Shown here piece by piece: positions 1 through 8,032 of a DNA stretch of 13,630 bases. The notes beneath the pieces were generated by a model. It saw only the letters and a program-made list of their open reading frames with translations. It searched no databases and was not told the DNA's origin. Origin of the DNA: Candidatus Heimdallarchaeota archaeon (GTDB lineage Archaea; Asgardarchaeota; Heimdallarchaeia; Hodarchaeales; Hodarchaeaceae); contig DXJL01000159.1 in assembly GCA_019057635.1 (NCBI GenBank), forward strand, positions 1-13,630, in the 5' to 3' direction. Position 1 is the stretch's first letter. Each line of letters opens with the position of its first letter. A program made the translations under genes and the position numbers.

Positions 1-2
1 CA

Positions 3-569
3 GGACCTATTTTTGGATTTATTATCGCAACTATATTCTCAATCATTGGTCTGATGAATTCGATTGTTATACCAGCAGCAGATGTTACTCAAGAATTTTC
101 AAATCCATTGGGATTATTTGACCTGAGATTAAATAGTCCAGATCGAATGAGAATTCTATTATTTGAGATTATTGCCTTGATTTTTGTTCCACAACATGGT
201 AGTAATGTAGTAATATTTCTGCATCCGTTTGCGTATGCAGGGTTTATCGGATTTCTCCTTACAGGTTTAAATTTGATTCCTATTGGTCAGAGTGATGGGG
301 GTCATGCCGCACGAAGTATGTTTTCAGAAAAGAATCATCGTATGGTCACTTATATTAGCGCAGGTGTTCTTGTAGTAATTGGTTTCTGGTTTTTTGCAAT
401 TTTGCTATTATTTATGTATTCACAAACAGGACATTCAGGTCCATTAGATGATTTAACTGAATTATCTCTTTCTCGGAAAATTGTAGCAGGAGCTATATTG
501 ATATTAATTTTACTATGCCTACCCTTACCCGCTGATTTGTTTTCGATGATTTTTCCCGTCTTTGGATAA
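3..569 (+). CDS. Site-2 protease (peptidase M50) family intramembrane metalloprotease, 5'-truncated by the window edge
   Basis: The frame is open from position 3 (GPIFGFIIATIFSIIGLM...), giving the M50 '(A)GP' helix. It has the NLIPIGQSDGGH motif (NxxPxxxLDGG type) and several hydrophobic helices. HExxH would lie upstream of the window. Confidence 0.9.
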   Translation, partial: GPIFGFIIATIFSIIGLMNSIVIPAADVTQEFSNPLGLFDLRLNSPDRMRILLFEIIALIFVPQHGSNVVIFLHPFAYAGFIGFLLTGLNLIPIGQSDGGHAARSMFSEKNHRMVTYISAGVLVVIGFWFFAILLLFMYSQTGHSGPLDDLTELSLSRKIVAGAILILILLCLPLPADLFSMIFPVFG

Positions 570-604
570 AAGAGTGACGAATCATTTTCTCCTAAAGGCA
601 CAGC

Positions 605-2392
605 TTAGAAATCATGATAATAGGCATCATTTTTTCGCTGGTCCCGATCTAAGCGGCTTCCCAACTTGTTTAACCGGGCTCGTCCAGTTTCAGGATCTCT
701 ACGAAAAGTAACATCTATTTCCTTCAAAAATCTATTAAGACCCGCCTTTTTTGATAATGGTCCAACTGTTTGACCTATACTCCCAGGAGTTCCTTCGAAG
801 AGCATAATCCTATCTGCTAACGCATCAGCAATTTGGATATCATGCTCGATTGCAATGCATGCAGCATTGTTTTTTGATACTATATGACGTATAACACGAG
901 TGGCATTCAAACGTTCTTCAACATCAAGAAATGCGCTTCCTTCATCAATAATGTACAAGTCTGCTTTTTTCCCTAAACAACCTGCAAGAAAACATCGTTG
1001 AAGTTCTCCTCCGCTCAGTTCGCGTATTGGTTTATCTAACAGATGGGAAATTGAGAATGGTTTCAATATATAAATGCTAAAAGCACGAGAGCCTATGAAT
1101 GAATTTGTATAGCGAGTTAAAAACTCCCGTACTGTTCCTGTAAATTTTCGGTGTAGAAATTGTGGCTTAAAGGAAACCCTCACTGACTTTAATGATTGAG
1201 TAAGGTGACGAGCGAAAGTGGTTTTCCCTAATCCATTTTCCCCAAGAATGCAGAGTATTTCCCCAAAATAATTTATCCCTTTATCAACAGTTAAATTAAA
1301 CGACCCGACTTGTTTTTGGAATGCTGGAAATTCCACCCCAGATCTTCCCTCCCAATCTCTTTCTTTAATTACACGGGTAAATTGAATACGTTTGCCACGT
1401 ATCCGAACATTCTCATCTTTTAATCGACCGAGAAGAAAGTTATTGATACCTTTCTTAGTACTATATGCTAAAGTTGAGATAACCCCAAATTTGTGTGGTT
1501 CTCCATAAAATAAATAGATCAGATCACTTTGAAAGTCAAGGATGGCAATATCATGCTCAGCAATAAAGACAGTTTTCCCTGCAGAAGCCAGTTGGTGAAA
1601 AATCTTTGCCATTTTTATGCGTTGCCGGAAATCCAAAAATGTACAGGGCTCGTCAATGAGAAAGACATCTGCATTCTGTAATAGAACTTTACCGATGGCT
1701 AGTCTTTGCAACTCTCCCCCGGATAATTCTTTAGGAATTCGATTTAGAATTGGAGTGAGCTCCATCAGCTCAATTACTTCTGTTAGGGAATAATATCCTT
1801 GATTATCACTTTGTGATAAGATGTCTGATACCGAATCTGAAATTTCAGTAAGATGGGTGAAGATTTGAGGTTTATGCGCAACCCGAAGAGCATTAGCATC
1901 AACTTCTGCAAGAAATTGACGAAAACTTGAGATCTTTAGTTGTGAAAGAAAATGCTCGTATCCCTTTTCTGACTCTTGGTGATCTCCTCCATTGGGTCGC
2001 ATTCCAGCTAAAATGTCTAATATAGTAGATTTACCAATACCATTTACTCCTAATAAACCGATAACCTTTCCAGAGTGTAATTGAGGGACACCAAAAAATC
2101 GAAACCCATTTTCATCATAACTATGTACTAATAACCCAGCTGTTTCAATTGAAGGTAAATTAGTTACACTAAGAGCACGTGGAAAACATTTATTGATGCA
2201 AACGCCACATGTTCCCTTTTTCGCCATTAAACAAGTATTATTATTGATAATAGGTTTACCAGTCCCCTTTCGAATGGTTATAACGTTCTTCTGACCTTTA
2301 ATAACTAAAGGACAGTATTTTAAACACGCATATCCACATAAATCAGGTTTACACTTATCATAATTAATACTCAAGATTCGGATAGTAACCAC
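605..2392 (-). CDS. rli: ABCE1/Rli1 ribosome-recycling ATPase, divergent copy
   Basis: N-terminal Fe-S domain CKPDLCGYACLKYCP...CLMAKKGTCGVCINKC; two NBDs (GVNGIGKST and GENGLGKTT, LSGGELQR twice, EHD His-switches); hinge GINNFL..ENVRIR; C-terminal TFRRDPETGRARLNK..S.LDR.Q. GTG start. Confidence 0.93.
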   Translation of the reverse strand: MVTIRILSINYDKCKPDLCGYACLKYCPLVIKGQKNVITIRKGTGKPIINNNTCLMAKKGTCGVCINKCFPRALSVTNLPSIETAGLLVHSYDENGFRFFGVPQLHSGKVIGLLGVNGIGKSTILDILAGMRPNGGDHQESEKGYEHFLSQLKISSFRQFLAEVDANALRVAHKPQIFTHLTEISDSVSDILSQSDNQGYYSLTEVIELMELTPILNRIPKELSGGELQRLAIGKVLLQNADVFLIDEPCTFLDFRQRIKMAKIFHQLASAGKTVFIAEHDIAILDFQSDLIYLFYGEPHKFGVISTLAYSTKKGINNFLLGRLKDENVRIRGKRIQFTRVIKERDWEGRSGVEFPAFQKQVGSFNLTVDKGINYFGEILCILGENGLGKTTFARHLTQSLKSVRVSFKPQFLHRKFTGTVREFLTRYTNSFIGSRAFSIYILKPFSISHLLDKPIRELSGGELQRCFLAGCLGKKADLYIIDEGSAFLDVEERLNATRVIRHIVSKNNAACIAIEHDIQIADALADRIMLFEGTPGSIGQTVGPLSKKAGLNRFLKEIDVTFRRDPETGRARLNKLGSRLDRDQRKNDAYYHDF

Positions 2393-2419
2393 GCTACTTC
2401 ATGTGAATGAAAGCTAAAA

Positions 2420-2447
2420 GGATAACGTATAACTTCTACGGATAACG
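2420..2447. promoter_or_regulatory. Direct repeat GGATAACG x2 (20-bp period) flanking a TATA-like element in the divergent ABCE1/hydrolase intergenic region
   Basis: GGATAACG at 2420-2427 and 2440-2447, with TATAAC between them (GTTATA on the minus strand, about 36-41 nt upstream of the ABCE1 start). Confidence 0.3.
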
Positions 2448-2648
2448 GTTGGAAGCATATCTAGTAAATGGAGGAAGAGAATAAGTTACCTCTGCTATTC
2501 AAATGGACTCTTATCCTTCGCCTAATGAGGATTATTGCCAAGAAAAACGTTACAAAATGATTTAAAGAATATTGAAGGGTTCATATTTCTTGTCAGCGCC
2601 TGCCGAGAGAGCAGTGATAATAATATACTTTGATTGTAGGAGATACCA

Positions 2649-3161
2649 GTGGACCCAATTGGGCACTTAGAATGGACTTTAGGCTTTGGGTTAATTCTAT
2701 TTGCGATTTTTCAGATTCCTCTTGACGCTTTAAGTTTTTTATTATTAGGAATAGGCTCCGACTTTCCAGATATCTTTGATTGGATTTTCTATAGAGGTAA
2801 GAATTTCCAAGAAGGCCACCGTGAAATATCCCATACAGTATTTTTCATTGGCGCTTTGCTAATTATCAGTTACTTTATTCCTGTTGTAAGATTCTTAACA
2901 CTCGGTTCTATCATGCACATACTGGAAGATATTCTCGCAGGAAGAGATCCGATTTATCTATTTTCCCCGATCTCACATAGAGGTGCAATTCGTTTAGTGT
3001 CAATGGAACAATCAATAGCAATCGGTGGAAGGGTCAGGAATTTGATAAAAAGTTCTTATCATGGTTCAGAAAACATCGGTGATGAACTATCTTGGTTGTG
3101 GTTTTTGACTATTTTGGGATCATGGTTTTTTATATTAGGAATATTCATGTACTTTGGTTAA
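2649..3161 (+). CDS. Membrane-bound metal-dependent hydrolase (YdjM-like), motifs intact
   Basis: N-terminal H (PIGH), GSDFPDIFD, HREISHT and HILED motifs separated by transmembrane helices. GTG start preceded by AGGAGA. Confidence 0.8.
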   Translation: MDPIGHLEWTLGFGLILFAIFQIPLDALSFLLLGIGSDFPDIFDWIFYRGKNFQEGHREISHTVFFIGALLIISYFIPVVRFLTLGSIMHILEDILAGRDPIYLFSPISHRGAIRLVSMEQSIAIGGRVRNLIKSSYHGSENIGDELSWLWFLTILGSWFFILGIFMYFG

Positions 3162-3177
3162 ATAGTGGGAATGAAAA

Positions 3178-3714
3178 ATGGAAGCCTTGAAACATACCGA
3201 ATGGGTATTTGGGGTTATTTTTTTCTGGTTTGCATTTTTCCAGGTCGATCTTTCCTCGAATCCTCATTGGGTTCTCTACATCATACTGGGGAGTCAAATC
3301 TCCGATTTTCTGGAATTATTTCTAGTTAAAGTTAATATTTCAGAAAAAATGGCTCGTAGAGCTACTCATGATTACTTATTTGTCCTAATAATGTGGGTAG
3401 TTTTTCCAGTTAGGATATATCCTGCAATAAACATGTTTGCAATAGCAGTTGCCGTTCATTATATAATCGATTTATTTTCTGGTCTCGAACCCATTTATTT
3501 AGGAGGGTTATTATTTGGTGAGCGAACCGCGTTTATCTATGTAACTCAATCTCATCGTGCTTCTATTGGGAAGAGAATTGAGGCATGGGGATCGGATTAT
3601 TTTGTTGCTCAAACTGAAAGCCCCACTGCTGAGCTTGCATGGTTTTGGGTGATGCAAATTTCAGGATCTGTTTTTTGTGGTTTAGGGATTCTTACATACT
3701 TGTGGCTTGGGTAA
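3178..3714 (+). CDS. Paralogous membrane metal-dependent hydrolase-like protein with degenerate motifs
   Basis: Collinear with the upstream gene: KHTEW, GSQISDFLE, RRATHD, HYIID, EPIYL, SIGKRI, ELAWFWVMQISGS. Starts 16 bp after the first gene's stop. Confidence 0.75.
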   Translation: MEALKHTEWVFGVIFFWFAFFQVDLSSNPHWVLYIILGSQISDFLELFLVKVNISEKMARRATHDYLFVLIMWVVFPVRIYPAINMFAIAVAVHYIIDLFSGLEPIYLGGLLFGERTAFIYVTQSHRASIGKRIEAWGSDYFVAQTESPTAELAWFWVMQISGSVFCGLGILTYLWLG

Positions 3715-3940
3715 TTCCAAATATTAATCATCGTAATAAATAGAAAAAATCCTTTAATTCAATTTCTAGCTGTTCTATCTGGATAATTCTCTGAAAATTA
3801 AGGTGAAGAATATTTGCTCCAAGATATTCCAAAAAATTTGATAGATTTGCTGAGTTTAGCGTTTCCCATTTGAATATCATTTTAAGAATGAAAGAAGTGT
3901 TGCCTAGTAGAGAAGAATAGCTCACCTCGGGGTAAATAAT

Positions 3941-5836
3941 ATGGTCTGGTCAAAAATAGTCTCAATCAGTTTATTTCTACTTGTTTGTAGCTCTGGAATC
4001 GGATACATTTCAGTATTAACAACGACTACAGATTCACCGACAATTGAATTATCTGAATCAGTTAATTCTTTATTACAAACGCCAACAAGTAGCAGAAATG
4101 AAGATTCACAATTAATTTCTACAGAACACTCCGCCCTTCAATCAGTAAGAGACATTCCAACAATTTCTCCCGGTTCGCAAGCTGTAGAACAAGCAGTTAA
4201 TAGTTCACTTCTATTTTGGGTTCCCGATGTCTCAACCTATCCTTATGAATTCTATGAAATTAATGCCACCTTGAAGGTCAATGGACCACATAGTTTAATC
4301 TATTCAAATACAACAGCTGTTTCTGATCTGGAATTACTGGATATGAATGATAGCTTCGAAAGTCTTGTCTATCCAACCATCACAGATTTCTTTGGTATGC
4401 CCCCCGATATTGATGGTAATAATAAAATTATCCTTCTTGTTTATGATATTGATGAAATTGAGTATGGTTTTGTTGCTGGATTTTTCTATTCGCTTAATCA
4501 ATATTTGAACACCGAGCTTCAACCCTCAGAACGTTATAGTAATGAGGCAGAAATTCTCCATATTGATATTTTAGCAGCAGACAACATGGATACAGTCGCT
4601 CACGAATTTCAACATCTTATTCATTTTGGCCATGATGAAGATGAAGAAACTTGGTTCGAAGAAGGAGCATCAATGTTTGCAGAGTATTTAATTGGCGGTG
4701 ATGCTTTTAGTGGTGGAGTTGGTACAGATTTTCAAGATAATCCTGATGTTTCATTAACTTATTGGGATCTAGGAGGTTCCTCGGTTCTAGCTAATTATGG
4801 TGCATCCTACACATTCTTCTTATATTTAGCTGAACAATATGGGGGTAATCTCATTATCAAAGATTTGGTTGAACGATCAGCAAATGGAATTGCAAGTATA
4901 GAGGATGCTTTGATCCAGAGTGGATATAATGTACCATTTGTTGAAGTATTCCGCAATTGGACAATTGCTAACTTTCTAGATGATACTTCATTCGCAGATG
5001 GGACTTATGGGTATTACAACGATAGTGTAACAGTCAACACAGAACCACCTACCTATGCATCATCACCGTTACCTCGTATCGAGAATTCAGTTCCGTATTG
5101 GGGCACAGACTACTTAAAATTCAGTTATCCTAGTGATCTACCTTTCACATTCGAGTTTCAAAGTGAATCTTCTGATGGTTTTCTAGTTACAACGATCATG
5201 AAAAACACAACAACTGATCCACTGAATACAGAGGTCATTCCGATTATGATCTCACCTGATGGCTTCGGAAACTTTTCTACAACAGAACTTAACATCACAG
5301 CTGACGAAATATATGTTGTCGTAAGTGCCTACACTGAGGATGGAACTCCTGACCACGACAATGAGAATCCTGCACCTGCACAAGATTATTGGTTCATTGT
5401 TAATCCAGAAGGAATCTATATTTCCACAGGGACCCTCATCTATTTAGAAAATATCCTCAATCTCAGTAATATTACCGTGTCTGACTCCAATGGCTTTGTA
5501 TGGGTAGCTGCTGATGGTGCCATCTACGAAATATTATCCGCCACGGGTGAAACAACTGGTATTAATGGTACCTTCGTCTATGATTCAGAGACCCATAGTT
5601 GGCAAGCGCTCAATATCGATCTTGGAACGCTTTCACAAGGCGAGTATACCGTTAAATATATGTTTTATAATACCACAGCAACTGGAATCACTTATTCAGA
5701 AATATTTGGCACCATTATCTCGACGACACCAACCACATCGGCCTCTAACTCCACAAATACAATAATTCCAGGATTTCTTGCAGTCTTTTTAATCATTACA
5801 TTGGGAGCATTTACCCGTTCACGGAAACGGAAATAA
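3941..5836 (+). CDS. Secreted, surface-anchored zinc metalloprotease (HEFQH; M30/immune-inhibitor-like neutral metalloprotease) with a PGF-CTERM-like anchor
   Basis: N-terminal hydrophobic signal; PDIDGNNKI, AGFF, AHEFQHLIH (HEFQH at 4601-4615), WFEEGAS and YGASY.F..YL.EQYG motifs; many NxS/T sequons; Thr/Ser linker followed by IPGF, a hydrophobic helix and RSRKRK. Confidence 0.85.
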   Translation: MVWSKIVSISLFLLVCSSGIGYISVLTTTTDSPTIELSESVNSLLQTPTSSRNEDSQLISTEHSALQSVRDIPTISPGSQAVEQAVNSSLLFWVPDVSTYPYEFYEINATLKVNGPHSLIYSNTTAVSDLELLDMNDSFESLVYPTITDFFGMPPDIDGNNKIILLVYDIDEIEYGFVAGFFYSLNQYLNTELQPSERYSNEAEILHIDILAADNMDTVAHEFQHLIHFGHDEDEETWFEEGASMFAEYLIGGDAFSGGVGTDFQDNPDVSLTYWDLGGSSVLANYGASYTFFLYLAEQYGGNLIIKDLVERSANGIASIEDALIQSGYNVPFVEVFRNWTIANFLDDTSFADGTYGYYNDSVTVNTEPPTYASSPLPRIENSVPYWGTDYLKFSYPSDLPFTFEFQSESSDGFLVTTIMKNTTTDPLNTEVIPIMISPDGFGNFSTTELNITADEIYVVVSAYTEDGTPDHDNENPAPAQDYWFIVNPEGIYISTGTLIYLENILNLSNITVSDSNGFVWVAADGAIYEILSATGETTGINGTFVYDSETHSWQALNIDLGTLSQGEYTVKYMFYNTTATGITYSEIFGTIISTTPTTSASNSTNTIIPGFLAVFLIITLGAFTRSRKRK

Positions 5837-5861
5837 TACTCTCCAATAATACTGCCTCTTA

Positions 5862-7532
5862 TTATTTTTCAAAAATAAGAATACTTTGATGAACAACGCT
5901 TGGGATATAAGAATAGGGATAACCAAAAATGTGAAGGGCCTTATCGGGTGCATACCACACAATTTCCTCACGAAAATGATAACCAAGTGACACTAGGATT
6001 TCTGCAAGTGACGAAGCAAGGAGTAAAAATCGACCAACCTTAATTGATCGTCCCTCTTGTTGTTCTGTTAATGTTCGATACATATTACCGATAAATACGG
6101 CTAAAATTCTTCCATTAGCGAGCTTGCTATAGCAATCCCTGAAGACATTCTGAACCAGATCGCGCCATTCCTGGATTGTAAGGATTGCAGCTTGATCAAA
6201 CTGTTTAAGAGAGGAATGAAGCTTTTCTTTTGACTCCTGCCCCGCTTTGGAAAATCGACCACGAGTTTTCCTCAATTTGTCCATTGCCCAGTATGGAACA
6301 TCTGTCATTATCATCCCTATACTTTCATCTTCAATAATCTCATTTACGGTGTGAGTTGAGTCTCCGACCACGTATGTTTGTTCTGGTAATTGCATACGTC
6401 GACACACTTCATAGTATACCTCTTGCCATTGAGTATTGATATCAATACCAATCGCTTTCCGACGAGCAAGGGAAGCACCTAACAAAGAACCTCCAACACC
6501 CACAAATGGATCAAGAATGAGGTCAGTCTGGTTTGGGGAATAACGATGAATTAAATACTCTATTAATTCAGGTGGTTTCATTCCACCATGTTGACCACGC
6601 AATTTATGTTCAAAAGAAGGGGGAAAACTTCTGTGCAACATGAAAGTAGGTCCTAAGAAGAGCTGCGATTGATCAGAATAATTATGCTCCGGATAAGGAT
6701 TTGATATAAATGACTCTTTACGCATTACCAGGAATCGTCTTTGAGGAAGTATGACAGTTATTTCTTCTTTGGAGTTTGAAGGTTCAAACCAGAATCGCTC
6801 AGCCTTTAATACTAGTCCTAACGAATTCAGTTGAGTCGTTATTATTTTTGTCAAAGCAAAATTCCATTCTTGAGATCTTTTGGACTCATCAGTCGTAAAT
6901 TGATTATAGAAAGGAATTGCTAAGACCATATACCCATTTTCTATCAACTTTGTAACAGAACTTCTGAGTTTATTAGTAATCTCCGTTACCCACCTATTTA
7001 TTGCGGCAGTAAACTGAAAGTTTGTTAACTGTTTTTCCTTAATACTTTGATTGAGTATATCTGTTAAAACAAAATTGACAGATTTATCAGCAACATGGTT
7101 AAGCTCAGAAAATGGTTCATATGTTATTCTACCTAAATTTGTGATCTTTAAATAATCCACTACCTTCCTAAATCTATCTAAATTAACTGGGTCATCATCA
7201 AAACCAATTATTGATCGGTTAGATGGTTCAGATTTCATATTGGTATAATATCCTGCTAATAATGTACTCCCAAGTCCTGCGAATGGATCAAGAATGGTCC
7301 CATCTGATTTAGTGAATGTTTCAATGAACTCTTGACTCAAATCGATTGGTAGTGGACGAAAACCGTGATCATTAGTTGGGGGAGGAAAACGAGAGTGGTA
7401 AACTTTTGGAATAATGGTTTTAGTCGAAAACAACCACTCTTTCCCTGTTAAATCATTGAGAGCATTTCTTCGATCATATACCCCACGCTCAAAACGATCT
7501 TCCTGATAGTCTTTTAACGGTTTTATTGGCAT
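5862..7532 (-). CDS. Tandem-domain SAM-dependent N6/N4-type nucleic-acid methyltransferase
   Basis: Two DPFxGxG motifs (ILDPFAGLGST and ILDPFVGVGGS). Catalytic-type TDVPYW in domain 2 versus TDIL in domain 1. N-terminal NALNDLTGKEW segment; HGGMKP before the second motif I. Confidence 0.8.
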   Translation of the reverse strand: MPIKPLKDYQEDRFERGVYDRRNALNDLTGKEWLFSTKTIIPKVYHSRFPPPTNDHGFRPLPIDLSQEFIETFTKSDGTILDPFAGLGSTLLAGYYTNMKSEPSNRSIIGFDDDPVNLDRFRKVVDYLKITNLGRITYEPFSELNHVADKSVNFVLTDILNQSIKEKQLTNFQFTAAINRWVTEITNKLRSSVTKLIENGYMVLAIPFYNQFTTDESKRSQEWNFALTKIITTQLNSLGLVLKAERFWFEPSNSKEEITVILPQRRFLVMRKESFISNPYPEHNYSDQSQLFLGPTFMLHRSFPPSFEHKLRGQHGGMKPPELIEYLIHRYSPNQTDLILDPFVGVGGSLLGASLARRKAIGIDINTQWQEVYYEVCRRMQLPEQTYVVGDSTHTVNEIIEDESIGMIMTDVPYWAMDKLRKTRGRFSKAGQESKEKLHSSLKQFDQAAILTIQEWRDLVQNVFRDCYSKLANGRILAVFIGNMYRTLTEQQEGRSIKVGRFLLLASSLAEILVSLGYHFREEIVWYAPDKALHIFGYPYSYIPSVVHQSILIFEK

Positions 7533-7562
7533 TTCCTTAAACGCCTAGCATTTAGAATTTCA

Positions 7563-7862
7563 TTATACTGATAAAAGCACCCACAATACAACAGGGAGAC
7601 CAAACATTAGTAATAGCCCAATGTAACCTGCTAATCGAATACGTACCACTCGTGTTTGGCATGGTTTACAATAATATTTTTGAATGAAATCACGTTTCTG
7701 CCCAATAAACTGCGAAAAAAAGTTCTCGTGCCAATCCTCCACAATGCAATCAGTACAAAAGAATTTATGACATCTCTCACATTCTTTCGTGTCATAACTC
7801 CCTGAATGATTGACACACACTGATCCCTTTTTGCGTGAGATTTGTCTTTTTGTGTTACCCAT
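7563..7862 (-). CDS. B-box-like zinc-finger protein with a C-terminal transmembrane helix
   Basis: CVNH-x8-CERC-x4-CTDC...YCKPC, followed by LAGYIGLLLMFGLPVVLWVLLSV at the extreme C-terminus. Lies 30 bp upstream of the methyltransferase on the same strand. Confidence 0.75.
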   Translation of the reverse strand: MGNTKRQISRKKGSVCVNHSGSYDTKECERCHKFFCTDCIVEDWHENFFSQFIGQKRDFIQKYYCKPCQTRVVRIRLAGYIGLLLMFGLPVVLWVLLSV

Positions 7863-8032
7863 GTTTCAATCACAATTCATGTTTTAAGGGGTAGTAATGG
7901 TTAAAAAAATACCTTGATTCTGAGTATTTATCATTAAAGATCATTCTTACCATATGAGTATTTTCCGTCCCAATGTTTTGAATTTTTACCAAAATAATAA
8001 TATATTAAATCTGTTCACTTTTAATTTGTAAG

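Noticed and set aside
350-601. 83-aa minus-strand ORF
   Set aside because: Antisense shadow of the M50 protease's hydrophobic codons, with no recognisable motif.
2460-2545. Possible fluoride riboswitch (CTAATGA-like segment)
   Set aside because: The 5' GGNRAUG pseudoknot partner and the remaining consensus are missing, and no fluoride-related gene follows.
3728-3925. 65-aa minus-strand ORF
   Set aside because: It starts 15 bp head-to-head from the metalloprotease, leaving no room for promoters, is AT-rich and has no motif. Not fully excluded.
4334-5765. ORFs 4334-4522 (-) and 5514-5765 (+)
   Set aside because: Both lie entirely inside the well-supported metalloprotease gene in other frames.
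7631-7873. 80-aa alternative-frame ORF
   Set aside because: It overlaps the zinc-finger gene, whose Cys pattern and TM helix identify the real frame.
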